DNA of 37,262 nt from a virus (lineage: Duplodnaviria; Caudoviricetes): IMG/VR virus record IMGVR_UViG_3300038334_000121, positions 1 through 37,262 of that record. One strand, 5' to 3'. How positions within the stretch are numbered: the stretch's first letter is position 1; each line of letters starts with the position of its first letter. Below, piece after piece: positions 8,991 through 18,247 of this stretch. The notes under the pieces are model-generated. The model was not told where the DNA came from and did not search any database. It saw nothing but the letters and a program-made list of their open reading frames with translations. The position numbers and the translations under genes are program-made.

Positions 8991-9941
8991 TCATTGATTG
9001 TCATCTGGAATTTTGTCTAGTATCTCATTTTTTACATTATCCAGTAATTCTTCAATGTCATCTTTTTGATGATTCAAGTCATCTTGAATTTCAGTTACCG
9101 CTAATGTTACTCTGTCTGCGATCTCATCAACAATTCCGTTCATGACTGATGAGTTATATAGTTGAGGATCATATAATTTGTGAAACCATAATAATGATGC
9201 AAGTGTCTTTTTTGCATACCTTTTGACGAGTTTATAATGTGATTCAACCAATTTTCTCAGTTCTTTATTATTTGTGAATTTTTCAAGTTCTTTTGTTCTA
9301 GAGACAAGTTCAACGCCTTCTTTAAAATAGTGATATTCGTCTGTTAAACTGAAAGAATTATCTCCTGTTTTAATTTCGTTTTGACTTAAGAAATTAAAGA
9401 TTGATTCATATGGATTTCTACTGTATGAAAACACATCAAGGACTAATTTATATCTTAAGTCTACTTTGCGTTTTTCTACAAAAACTTGCTTCATTTCAAT
9501 TGACATGTGCTTTTCAACAAGTTTATTAAGTTCTCTTTCATGTTCCATCATCTTCATTTCAAAATTCCAAATGAAATAGTTTTCCCAGTCGTCACGGAAT
9601 AACTTTTTCATCATCTCAAGATGTGAAACCGAGTACTCGTGCATTGAACGAAATAGGATGTTTTTACTAATATCATCCTTAGCCTTTGTGTTCTTCTTTA
9701 GGTATGACAAATCTGTACAAATAAAAAACATCATTCGATACTTCTCATAATATGAACTTTGCGTTTCTATTAATAAAGGAATTACTATTGTAAAAATTGC
9801 CGACTCTATTGGGATTAAGAGATTGAGTAATATACTGTCTGAATAATTCCTCCACATTAAAGCAACAAAAATAGAAGAAAGCAAGAATATGACAATCATA
9901 ACCCTATATTTATATCTAAAATAAAACGAAACAAACTTCAT
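8991..9941 (-). CDS. Moron: uncharacterised protein with two N-terminal TM helices and a C-terminal coiled coil
   Basis: AT-rich insert with its own extended -10 (TGATACAAT, 9971-9979), a GGGGTG RBS before MKFVSF, and its own terminator. Confidence 0.7.
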   Translation of the reverse strand: MKFVSFYFRYKYRVMIVIFLLSSIFVALMWRNYSDSILLNLLIPIESAIFTIVIPLLIETQSSYYEKYRMMFFICTDLSYLKKNTKAKDDISKNILFRSMHEYSVSHLEMMKKLFRDDWENYFIWNFEMKMMEHERELNKLVEKHMSIEMKQVFVEKRKVDLRYKLVLDVFSYSRNPYESIFNFLSQNEIKTGDNSFSLTDEYHYFKEGVELVSRTKELEKFTNNKELRKLVESHYKLVKRYAKKTLASLLWFHKLYDPQLYNSSVMNGIVDEIADRVTLAVTEIQDDLNHQKDDIEELLDNVKNEILDKIPDDNQ

Positions 9942-10045
9942 AATAATCACCCCACGTATTGTATAAATATATTGTATCATTCAATAGTTAAAAACCACAC
10001 TTAATCTTTTTTTCGTTTTTTTACTTTTGTGATATCATATAGTTA

Positions 10046-10234
10046 ATGGAGGCGATTGAAATATTAGAGTATAAGGTTGTAGCATTACGTATTCCTGCTT
10101 TCAAATCAAAGGAAACAGGTGCAGAGAAAATTCAGGAAGAAATGAACAAACAAGCAAAGAATGGATGGCGTGTTCACAAGGTGAATATTACCGACCTTAC
10201 AATGGTTATAATTACATTTGAGAAAGAAACATAA
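10046..10234 (+). CDS. DUF4177-like small protein
   Basis: EYKVV...MNKQAKNGWRV...ITFEK pattern; opposite strand to the tail operon. Confidence 0.7.
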   Translation: MEAIEILEYKVVALRIPAFKSKETGAEKIQEEMNKQAKNGWRVHKVNITDLTMVIITFEKET

Positions 10235-10237
10235 TAG

Positions 10238-10471
10238 TTAGATTAAGAAAGCATCAATGTCACTTTGGGTAGCCATTCGGTTACCTTTTTCATTACCAAT
10301 AACTTTCATTTCAAGTTGAACTAGCTCAAAATAAGTCGTTAAATCAAAATATTTCGAATCTTCAATCGATATTCCTAGATGAGCCAAGTTAAAGATAATG
10401 TTTGAGGTTGCACCAAACTCGGGCTCATCATTTAGACTGTGGGGATGGTTTGGTGCTTTTTTGGAGAGTCC
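10238..10471 (-). CDS. Tail assembly chaperone frameshift extension (gpT-like); absent from the ORF track
   Basis: 78-codon open frame overlapping the chaperone 3' end, with no RBS-linked start at its 5' end; ends ...RMATQSDIDAFLI*. Confidence 0.8.
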   Translation of the reverse strand, partial: GLSKKAPNHPHSLNDEPEFGATSNIIFNLAHLGISIEDSKYFDLTTYFELVQLEMKVIGNEKGNRMATQSDIDAFLI

Positions 10472-10778
10472 CTAACATTTCCCCGATGGTTTGAGATAAG
10501 ATACCCAGTTCTTCTGTATCACTTAAGATGCCAAAATCAAGAGCCATCAAGAAGTCATTGTAGGATGTTTTACTGAATGGACGATGAAGCACGTAGATGA
10601 TCCTGAAGATCGTATCAATCACGAGTGAGAAATCTTCTTCCTTGATGTTCTTACCCTTTTCTAGTTTTTTGATATCACTGAAAAGTTCTGAACCGAATAC
10701 ATTGCGATAATCGATGATTGTAAAAAGTGACGAATGGAGTTTATACTCTTTGTCACCAAGTTTAATTACTTTTTCCAT
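10428..10778 (-). CDS. Tail assembly chaperone (gpG-like)
   Basis: Follows the major tail gene; MEKVIKLGDKEYKL N-terminus; A6 run near the 3' end. Confidence 0.85.
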   Translation of the reverse strand: MEKVIKLGDKEYKLHSSLFTIIDYRNVFGSELFSDIKKLEKGKNIKEEDFSLVIDTIFRIIYVLHRPFSKTSYNDFLMALDFGILSDTEELGILSQTIGEMLGTLQKSTKPSPQSK

Positions 10779-10791
10779 ACTTCAATCCTCC

Positions 10792-11358
10792 TTAGATGAA
10801 TGTAGGTAATACTGGCGATGTTGATAAGAAGTTCGTGTAGTTCGTATCTCCAACACTTGCGATAACACGAAGGATCAGATTATTACCTGATTCGATCGGA
10901 CGAGCAGTGATGTTCAGTGAGATTGAATTGGCTTCAATGGAGTCCGCTTTGGATTTGCTTGCATCCCCTGAAGGTGTAGCTGTACATAGGTAGTACCAAA
11001 TGCGACGTGCTTTTGCATCGCCTTGAATTTCATAGCCCAATGCGAAGGTCTTGGTTTCATTGTTGACCACTTCGACAAAGTTGCCATTAGTGTCCGTCTT
11101 GAATCCAAAGATATCCTTTTTAAATTCATCATCAATCTCAGTGAATTTGAGGGTGACGGTTGAGCCTGAATTGGAGACTAGGGTTGCGATAACCTTATCG
11201 TCTGCATAGACCTGCGAACTACCACCGATGATTTCAGTAGTGATTTCTTGAGCACCAACCAGACGCTTTGGTGTTCCAAAAGTCCAGGAACCATCCGTTC
11301 CAATCGTAGCGAGTGCATAGTGAACATTGGTAAGTCCGAATGTAACTTTATTACTCAT
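10792..11358 (-). CDS. Major tail protein (phi13-type)
   Basis: NKVTFGLTNVHYA, YADD and FALGYEIQGD motifs. Confidence 0.92.
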   Translation of the reverse strand: MSNKVTFGLTNVHYALATIGTDGSWTFGTPKRLVGAQEITTEIIGGSSQVYADDKVIATLVSNSGSTVTLKFTEIDDEFKKDIFGFKTDTNGNFVEVVNNETKTFALGYEIQGDAKARRIWYYLCTATPSGDASKSKADSIEANSISLNITARPIESGNNLILRVIASVGDTNYTNFLSTSPVLPTFI

Positions 11359-11701
11359 ATTTTATTTCCTCCTGTTTGATTTCATAAACTCTGGTTACCG
11401 AGTTATCGTCATTGACGTATTCAGTAATCATTTGATAATTGAACCCCGATTGATATAGAGCTGATTCTAGTTGCTCTTCGAAGATTGGGTTCTTTGATTC
11501 TGTGACAAGTGTGATTTGATAGGTGATGATACGAACTGCTGATTTGTTATCTGCATAGGTTTGAACTCTATCAGTGATTTCTTGATAAACAATAAAGGGG
11601 TATACATGAGTTTCGTTTACATCGACTATATTCGTTCCATAAGACACTCGATTTGGTAAAACATCATCAAGTATTTGGAATAGTTGTTCTATAAAACTCA
11701 T
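11351..11701 (-). CDS. Tail terminator / completion protein
   Basis: YPFIVYQE...YADN motif; synteny. Confidence 0.75.
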   Translation of the reverse strand: MSFIEQLFQILDDVLPNRVSYGTNIVDVNETHVYPFIVYQEITDRVQTYADNKSAVRIITYQITLVTESKNPIFEEQLESALYQSGFNYQMITEYVNDDNSVTRVYEIKQEEIKYE

Positions 11702-12084
11702 TCGGACCCACCTCTTTCAATAATCGATTTGATTTTCTCAACCATATCAGGTGCAAATGCATCGTAAGCAGGCCGCATGAATGGACGTGGTCCTACAAAT
11801 TTACCACCACGATGTGTAAATCCAAACTCAAGTAAATGAGTTAACCTTCCTTTAGTGCTTGAATAGATGGCGATACGCTTATTGATACCTTCACCTTCAG
11901 GGACAGCAACAAACGATTCTGCAAAGCCATAGGCTTGACCACTCTTTGGTGCTTTTGATTGAATGTAAGCTAATACTTTATCTGCAGTTTCGTCTAGTAC
12001 TTTTTCCATTTCTTTGATGACATCTTCTGCATAAGATTCGACAAGCTCACTAATTCCAAGTGCTAATTCATCCAATGAGACCAT
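11698..12084 (-). CDS. HK97 gp10-family neck protein
   Basis: HLLEFG...RPFMRPA motif; start moved to MVSLDEL after an AAGGTG RBS. Confidence 0.88.
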   Translation of the reverse strand: MVSLDELALGISELVESYAEDVIKEMEKVLDETADKVLAYIQSKAPKSGQAYGFAESFVAVPEGEGINKRIAIYSSTKGRLTHLLEFGFTHRGGKFVGPRPFMRPAYDAFAPDMVEKIKSIIERGGSE

Positions 12085-12406
12085 CAATATCACCTTTTTT
12101 AATCTTTGTTTCAACAAAATAAAGCTCAATAAACTGACCGCTGATGTAGGTTCTTTCGACTTTATAAACCTTTGAGTCAATCAATGCATGTCTACTGCCA
12201 TCATATAAGAAGCTTTGAATCTTGACTGCAACATCAATTCTGATGTCTGTTTTCTTGCTTTCATAATATTCTTTTGAAGTCACTGAAAGATTAATCCCAA
12301 TAACCTCTTTAGAGCTTGTAAGTAATAGTGTTCGATTGCCGATAGAATCTGGTGTGTTGGCTAGTTTTAGAAGCGTTAATTTGATGTTAGGAGAGCTTGG
12401 AAACAT
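12068..12406 (-). CDS. Head closure (stopper) protein, SPP1 gp16-like
   Basis: DSIGN...SKEYY...YKVERTY pattern; synteny. Confidence 0.8.
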   Translation of the reverse strand: MFPSSPNIKLTLLKLANTPDSIGNRTLLLTSSKEVIGINLSVTSKEYYESKKTDIRIDVAVKIQSFLYDGSRHALIDSKVYKVERTYISGQFIELYFVETKIKKGDIDGLIG

Positions 12407-12693
12407 TAGGAAGTACTTCCTTTCGTGAATGATAGCTGCTTGATGAGCATTTCAAAACTCTTCGGAAGTTCTTTCACCGATCCATCGTTCTTAAAACCAA
12501 AGAACGTCTTACAGTAAATAAGGATGAGGGAATCCACGATCGGGACTCCCTCACCATTTACAACATCATCAGCCACACCGACAGAACGAATGAGTTCTTT
12601 ACAAGCCTCAATATGAGACAACAACTCCTCATCAGCATATGTTTCTGTTAGAGGAATCAAGAGTGCTTTCTTCACTGTATCGAGTATGGCCAT
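12406..12693 (-). CDS. Head-tail connector (HK97 gp6-like)
   Basis: LDTVKKAL...DEEL...LIYCK pattern directly after the capsid gene. Confidence 0.82.
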   Translation of the reverse strand: MAILDTVKKALLIPLTETYADEELLSHIEACKELIRSVGVADDVVNGEGVPIVDSLILIYCKTFFGFKNDGSVKELPKSFEMLIKQLSFTKGSTS

Positions 12694-12709
12694 GATTTAG
12701 TCCCTCCGA

Positions 12710-13840
12710 TTAGGCAGCGGCTTTCTTCTTGATACGAAGGAAACCTTTATAACCTACCACATTACCACCAGTGAATACGGATGCTTTGTAGCAGATAATG
12801 CCGTCTTTAAATTTGTAATCTGTCGATTTGCCGATTTCAACCGGTGAGAAGATAGGTACTTCATAGTTCTTGAGTGAACCATAAGCCATAGCATACTCAC
12901 CTGCAGTGGTTGCACTATCAGCGATCGCTTTGCAATGTGAGTTGATCACATAAGGAATACCATCGATGGTTTGATTGATGTAATCAACGGTATGAACCTT
13001 ACGACCTTCGGAAGTGCGAAGACCAGCAAATGCACGCAAGTCATTCTTATTCAGGATAAGAACTGCACCACCTTCGACTTCTTCATCGCCACCATAAGCA
13101 AAGATGATGTCATCTAAAGTTGTGTCAGTGATTGCGGGAATTTCAAGCGGAGTCGTATCCGATAATGCAACTGCTTGATCGCTGAAAATCCCCGTGAAAG
13201 TGTTCGATGTTCCAGCACCACGAAGGATTTGTTCAGAGATTTTCTTTTTCAAGGATACATTGATGTTTCTGAGTACCTCAGCTTGATATGGAATGCTTGG
13301 AAGCTTTTCAAGTTCTTCTGTGATTTCGGTGTAGGCAGTAATCTTAACTTTCGTAATGGTGACATACCCAAATGCTGGTTCAGTTTCAGTGTATGCTGCA
13401 CCTTCAGCTGTAGTTCCAGCAATGCCATTTGATTTCACAAATGATTTCTTGTAGGTTTCACCACCATTAAGGTTGATGATATTGACCTTGTCCACCAAAG
13501 TAGATACTTGGGCATACGGAACTGGTGCTAAGCCATTTGATACCGTTTCAGGAACCAAAACTTCCGAACTGGACACTTGGATAACTCGATTTTCACGGAG
13601 TTGTTTACCGCGAAGTTCTAAGGTTTCCTTATTGTCAGTGCGTGTATCAATGACAATAGGTTTAATCTCTACTTTGGATGCAATCATCATCTTTTTATCG
13701 ATGACAGAACGCTCCTCTTGTAGGGTATTACATTCAGTATCGAATGCTTCCAATTTTGTTACATCTGATTCAGCTTCAACAAGTGAGCGAATCTCAGTTA
13801 AACGTGCTTCAATTTCTTTACGTCTTTTTTCTAAATTCAT
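12710..13840 (-). CDS. Major capsid protein, HK97 family
   Basis: N-terminal coiled-coil delta domain; EITEEL and ILRGAG motifs. Confidence 0.93.
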   Translation of the reverse strand: MNLEKRRKEIEARLTEIRSLVEAESDVTKLEAFDTECNTLQEERSVIDKKMMIASKVEIKPIVIDTRTDNKETLELRGKQLRENRVIQVSSSEVLVPETVSNGLAPVPYAQVSTLVDKVNIINLNGGETYKKSFVKSNGIAGTTAEGAAYTETEPAFGYVTITKVKITAYTEITEELEKLPSIPYQAEVLRNINVSLKKKISEQILRGAGTSNTFTGIFSDQAVALSDTTPLEIPAITDTTLDDIIFAYGGDEEVEGGAVLILNKNDLRAFAGLRTSEGRKVHTVDYINQTIDGIPYVINSHCKAIADSATTAGEYAMAYGSLKNYEVPIFSPVEIGKSTDYKFKDGIICYKASVFTGGNVVGYKGFLRIKKKAAA

Positions 13841-13858
13841 GATTTTTCTCCTTTTGAT

Positions 13859-14449
13859 TTAGTAGTTTGTTTTGATACGAATCTTCATTTTCATCACTTC
13901 AACATGCTGTTTCTGCTCTTCTAACTCCATAGCCTTTAGTTCTACATCCATAGACTCTAAAGAACGAGCATATATACTAGTTGAATCGTAGGCTGGAGTA
14001 TCTACCACTGAGACATCATAGAGCCTTCCGATTTTAGTGATGGTACGCTTAGGGATTTTGCCTTCCTTATTCCAGAACTGTTCTTCAACAGTGAAAGCAA
14101 AACTCATCTTATCAAGTAGGCCACTGCGGACCATCTTGTAGATGTCTTGGTTCGATTGGGTGTCGACTAATTCAGCTTGTACTTTAAGCCCAATGTTATC
14201 GACCGATAATGTCAGTGATTTGTTCTTAGTTCGAGCGATGATAAGGAAGGAATCCATATGGTTGTATTTCATAGGGACGTCTTTCATTTGGGTATTTTCA
14301 AGTGCTCGATGATCGATAGATTCAACGAAACCGTACTCTTCATTTCCGATGAGTGTTTCCTGGTTGAACACAATCGCATAACCTTCTAAGGTCATCTTAC
14401 CTTCAGCTTCTTCAAACTTAACATCCGCAAGTCTTGTTTCTTTAATCAT
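13859..14449 (-). CDS. HK97-family prohead protease
   Basis: LEGYAIVFN, YNH, MSFAF and DVSVVDTPAY motifs. Confidence 0.95.
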   Translation of the reverse strand: MIKETRLADVKFEEAEGKMTLEGYAIVFNQETLIGNEEYGFVESIDHRALENTQMKDVPMKYNHMDSFLIIARTKNKSLTLSVDNIGLKVQAELVDTQSNQDIYKMVRSGLLDKMSFAFTVEEQFWNKEGKIPKRTITKIGRLYDVSVVDTPAYDSTSIYARSLESMDVELKAMELEEQKQHVEVMKMKIRIKTNY

Positions 14450-14642
14450 TGGTTCTCACCTCTATTTTTGGTTTGTTAGGTTTTCCTTCTACAATATATT
14501 CAAGTTCTGAATCCTTGTAGTGAAAACTTGTAATCTTGTTCTCTTTGCAAAACTCATCAATGATTTGTGATTTTGCTTTCTGCGTTTCTAGAATCACTTT
14601 GAGTGCTTCTTTTGATATCGTTCCATTAACTGTGACTTTCAT
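14442..14642 (-). CDS. Small hypothetical protein between portal and protease
   Basis: 66 aa from MKVTVNG after a GAGGAG RBS; overlaps both neighbours. Confidence 0.65.
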   Translation of the reverse strand: MKVTVNGTISKEALKVILETQKAKSQIIDEFCKENKITSFHYKDSELEYIVEGKPNKPKIEVRTND

Positions 14643-15840
14643 CTTTGGTCTCCTCACCAATCTGGTATTTATTTGCCTTATCCGCATCCACAAAGTTGAG
14701 CGATTGCAGTCGCTTGTTTCCACCCTCAATAGGTTCTAGTCCAAGCAATGCTCTGGATTCATTTAAGGTCATGATCCCTAGGCTCATCAGTTTTTCGATG
14801 GCACTCACTTTTGTATTCCAGCTTGCATACTGCAATCGTTCACTATAGAAAATAATCTCTTCACCACGAGTTAACTCATTTTCTGTGAGCAATCCCAAAG
14901 AAAAAGCCTCTGATAGCTGAATGGCTAGAGGCTCAATGGTTGACTCATAAAACGAGTTGAAATCTTCTTCACTATATTTGTTTGCGAAGATTGGTGCTGA
15001 TACACCAAAATAATCGAGTATTTTGGATTGTAAGAATTCGAGTGTTTCTTTGTCTATCAACTTAGGATCTACTGTTAAAGGTACATATTCCGACTTTAAA
15101 TCAATGGGAATGATGGAACTTCCTTTAGTACTAATTGAATCGTTAAGGGCTATATCAAAGAGCTCTCTTTGTTTCTTCTTGTCAGCTTCTGAAAGCATAC
15201 CATTCATCTTGATGATTCCTTTAATTTGCATGGATGACCTGACTGCGTTATCGATACCTTGAAGCACATTCTCATTGATTGAGATTGTTTTAAGAATCGC
15301 TTCATGATCGCCTGACGATCCATTTCCACCAAAGATATCATTGGAAGCAAAGTATTTTTTCAAGTGGATGACATTCTCATAAGGTAGTGTGAATTGTTGG
15401 CCATCCTCAAAGTAAAACTTTAGATAGTAACCGTCTGCATTATCAACCACTGCTTCAACCAATATCGGTCTTAGTGGATAGAGTGCTTTGAGTCCGCCAT
15501 CCAGTGGGTCAAACATCGGATACACGAATGCATTATCATTCAGTAGTAATAATGTAATCACCTTATAGATAAAGTCATAGGGTGTCATGAGTGAGTTAGG
15601 CTTGTGTTTCAATAAAAAAGACAGTCGGCCTTGTTTCTCGGTTACTGTCTTGTCAGCTTCAGTTTTAATGTATCTTGGTTTGAGTTTTGCACACTGGCTC
15701 GCAACCCTATCAATACATATCTTGACCACATCACTTTTGGATATGTTGTTTCCGAAAGGAGTGAAGAAGGTATTGTTTTGATTTAATAACTGGAAGGTGT
15801 TTGGTGAACCTTCCTTTTTCTTTCTGGTAAAAATGCCCAA
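14626..15840 (-). CDS. Portal protein, HK97 family
   Basis: PNSLMT, VIHLK and MTLNESR motifs; TTG start at 15840 after AAAGGAG. Confidence 0.95.
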   Translation of the reverse strand: MGIFTRKKKEGSPNTFQLLNQNNTFFTPFGNNISKSDVVKICIDRVASQCAKLKPRYIKTEADKTVTEKQGRLSFLLKHKPNSLMTPYDFIYKVITLLLLNDNAFVYPMFDPLDGGLKALYPLRPILVEAVVDNADGYYLKFYFEDGQQFTLPYENVIHLKKYFASNDIFGGNGSSGDHEAILKTISINENVLQGIDNAVRSSMQIKGIIKMNGMLSEADKKKQRELFDIALNDSISTKGSSIIPIDLKSEYVPLTVDPKLIDKETLEFLQSKILDYFGVSAPIFANKYSEEDFNSFYESTIEPLAIQLSEAFSLGLLTENELTRGEEIIFYSERLQYASWNTKVSAIEKLMSLGIMTLNESRALLGLEPIEGGNKRLQSLNFVDADKANKYQIGEETKDESHS

Positions 15841-15853
15841 CTTAATCACTCCT

Positions 15854-17500
15854 TTATGACATCATGTTTTCGTAATCTATCTTATACCTATTCAAAACTG
15901 CATACGCAATGATGAGTGCTACAGTTCCATCGATTCGCTTGTATTTAGAGTTAAGTTTCGAAGGTTGAATATTGCCGTTTAGGTCAACTTTGGCTTGGGT
16001 GTTAGATAAACACCATTTCAAGATCGGATTATTGTCATAGTTGATCAGCTTATTCTTTAGGTCTGCTTCTAGTTGTTTCATTGGTTCAGATAAAGAGTAA
16101 ACACCTTGACGAACCTTCTCCATATTAAATCCTAGCTCTTCCATTTCCTTAATCCAATATTGAGAATTCCAGGGATCGAATCCTACCCAAAGAGGTCTAA
16201 TTTGATGTTCTTGAATCATCTTCATGAACCACTGAGTCACCAATGAGAAATCGTTCTGACTTCCATCGGTGAGAGTAATTAACCCTCGTTTAATCCAAAT
16301 ATCATATGGGACGTTATCTTCTTCCATGCGTTTCTTAACAACATCACTTGGCATAAAGAAATGTGCTAAAACATATTTCTTGTTGTCATCCTTTTTCTGA
16401 ATGACTAGAACAGCTGCAGTTAAATCGGTAGTTGAAGATAAATCAACTCCACCGATAGCATAGGAGTTCTTGAGTGTATTTACTTCATACTTCGCTTCGT
16501 TATTCAAGTCATCAAAAGACAACCATGCACCTTGATCGACTTGCTTGATATTGAAATCCTTACATAACATAGTCACTCTTGTTGAGTGGTCATTTTTTGA
16601 TTTGTTCATCACATCTTCGAGATACGAGGAGAGTTTTACCACACCTAAACTGGGATTAGATTTCACCCAATTCTTAGGGTCATCATATATTTCTTGCGTG
16701 TTATCTTGGGTATATAACCAGGGAAGTACACGTTCGTCAGTGATTTCACCTTTCAGCATCTTTCTTGCATAGTCTAATTTGTTATCGAGGAATCCACCTA
16801 CCGTAGTTCCTTCGGTTGTGATGATGAAGATTAGTGGTTCCTTCTTAGTTGATTGACTCTGCTTGATGGCATCATAGACTTTTGAATCTGTCATTTCATG
16901 TACTTCATCGATACAACCAACCTCAATATTGTAACCATCTTTATTCCTACTTTGAGCTGATAATTTCTTGATTTTATTCTTGGTTTTCGGAGAATAGATG
17001 AAGAATATATTTTTTTTACTACGTTTCTCATTGGACAGTGAGGGAGATTGCTCTCGCATGTTATTGATCTCTTCAAAGAGAATGTTCGCTTGCTCACTCG
17101 TGTTTGAAGCACATACGATATCAACCCCACCTTTGGAAAGAAAGAATTCAGCAAGGTCAATCCCTGCGATGAAGGTTGTCTTTCCATTTTTACGTGCGAT
17201 AAGTAATATGACTTCATTGAATCGTCTTAATCCAGTCTCAGCAATCTTAAACCCGTAGGCAGTTTGAATGATTGCTTTTTCCCAAAGTTCCAAAATGAAG
17301 GGTTGTCCATTGAAGGGGGACTTCGTATGCTTGCAGAATGTTTCGATAAAATCAATTCTCATGTTTCCTGGCTTTTCATCAAAGTCATATCGAGGATTAA
17401 CCATATCATCCATCAGTTTTCGTAGGGTGTTCTTTAATTCCTCTCCAGCTAGTATTTCATTAGACATCACTTTTTGGTAGTACTCAATTAAATAGTTCAT
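15854..17500 (-). CDS. Terminase large subunit (cos-type, HK97-like)
   Basis: Walker A ARKNGKT, Walker B CIDEVH, nuclease motifs GVDLSSTTDLT and RIDG. Confidence 0.97.
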   Translation of the reverse strand: MNYLIEYYQKVMSNEILAGEELKNTLRKLMDDMVNPRYDFDEKPGNMRIDFIETFCKHTKSPFNGQPFILELWEKAIIQTAYGFKIAETGLRRFNEVILLIARKNGKTTFIAGIDLAEFFLSKGGVDIVCASNTSEQANILFEEINNMREQSPSLSNEKRSKKNIFFIYSPKTKNKIKKLSAQSRNKDGYNIEVGCIDEVHEMTDSKVYDAIKQSQSTKKEPLIFIITTEGTTVGGFLDNKLDYARKMLKGEITDERVLPWLYTQDNTQEIYDDPKNWVKSNPSLGVVKLSSYLEDVMNKSKNDHSTRVTMLCKDFNIKQVDQGAWLSFDDLNNEAKYEVNTLKNSYAIGGVDLSSTTDLTAAVLVIQKKDDNKKYVLAHFFMPSDVVKKRMEEDNVPYDIWIKRGLITLTDGSQNDFSLVTQWFMKMIQEHQIRPLWVGFDPWNSQYWIKEMEELGFNMEKVRQGVYSLSEPMKQLEADLKNKLINYDNNPILKWCLSNTQAKVDLNGNIQPSKLNSKYKRIDGTVALIIAYAVLNRYKIDYENMMS

Positions 17501-17835
17501 GCCATATTCGCTTTCTTGAGAAACTCATCAAAAGCATCATCGCCATCAATTACATTCTTTCCCATGATTGAATTGAGTGTTTTAATGACTGTTCCATACG
17601 AGTTGATAAGCTTAGTGTAGTATTTTGCTGCTTCTGTCTGTCTTTGAGCACCTTTGTTGGATACTTGAACAGCTCCATACTTTCTTATTTGTTCTTGAAG
17701 GACACCAAGTTCAACCTTCATAAAAGCAGCCTGCTCAATAAGGTTATCGACTAGTTGAGTTTTGATCTCATCTACCGATGAAAAAAGCGACCGAAGTCGC
17801 TCAATCTCAATATTCACATCTTTTATTTTAGACAT
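17497..17835 (-). CDS. Terminase small subunit
   Basis: ATGA overlap with terL; helical protein ending DDAFDEFL. Confidence 0.8.
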   Translation of the reverse strand: MSKIKDVNIEIERLRSLFSSVDEIKTQLVDNLIEQAAFMKVELGVLQEQIRKYGAVQVSNKGAQRQTEAAKYYTKLINSYGTVIKTLNSIMGKNVIDGDDAFDEFLKKANMA

Positions 17836-17848
17836 TTCAGTACCTCAC

Positions 17849-18040
17849 TCAGTTGACTCTTTCAACTACCTCAGAGTTTATGACTTCAATCAAATCTTCT
17901 TCTGGAATGATTGCTAACCCACCCCAAGTTCCATGTAGCTGATCAAGCCCATCTATGTATTCGATGATTCCTACACGACCGCTGTAATGCTCTTCACCCT
18001 TCATGCTAATGATTCTAATTTTGTCTCCAATTTTGTACAT
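17849..18040 (-). CDS. DUF4314-like SH3-fold small protein
   Basis: GDKIRIISM...G.IEYID...LHGTW..LAII pattern. Confidence 0.7.
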   Translation of the reverse strand: MYKIGDKIRIISMKGEEHYSGRVGIIEYIDGLDQLHGTWGGLAIIPEEDLIEVINSEVVERVN

Positions 18041-18060
18041 ACTGATTACCTCTTTATGTT

Positions 18061-18099
18061 AGTAATATATATCACTCTAAAGAAGAAAAATTGCAAGTA
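18061..18099 (-). promoter_or_regulatory. Conserved promoter-like motif, copy A (ACTTG-N12-TTTAGAGTGATRTATAT)
   Basis: Same motif and spacing at 25289-25328 and 36275-36314, each just upstream of an RBS and start codon. Confidence 0.75.
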
Positions 18100-18247
18100 A
18101 TAAAACAACCTGAGCCGCTATTAAAATAATGTTAAATATAGAAGACTTCTTGTAAAAAAATTATCAAGTAAAATGTCATCAACTGGTTCCTTGAAATAAT
18201 TAAAAGTTTTCAATCCCACTATGGTAAGAACAATTGCACTGTTGTGA

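Noticed and set aside
10428-10465. Canonical -1 frameshift in the tail chaperone
   Set aside because: The -1 frame reaches TAA within about 8 codons; the extension is in the +1 frame.
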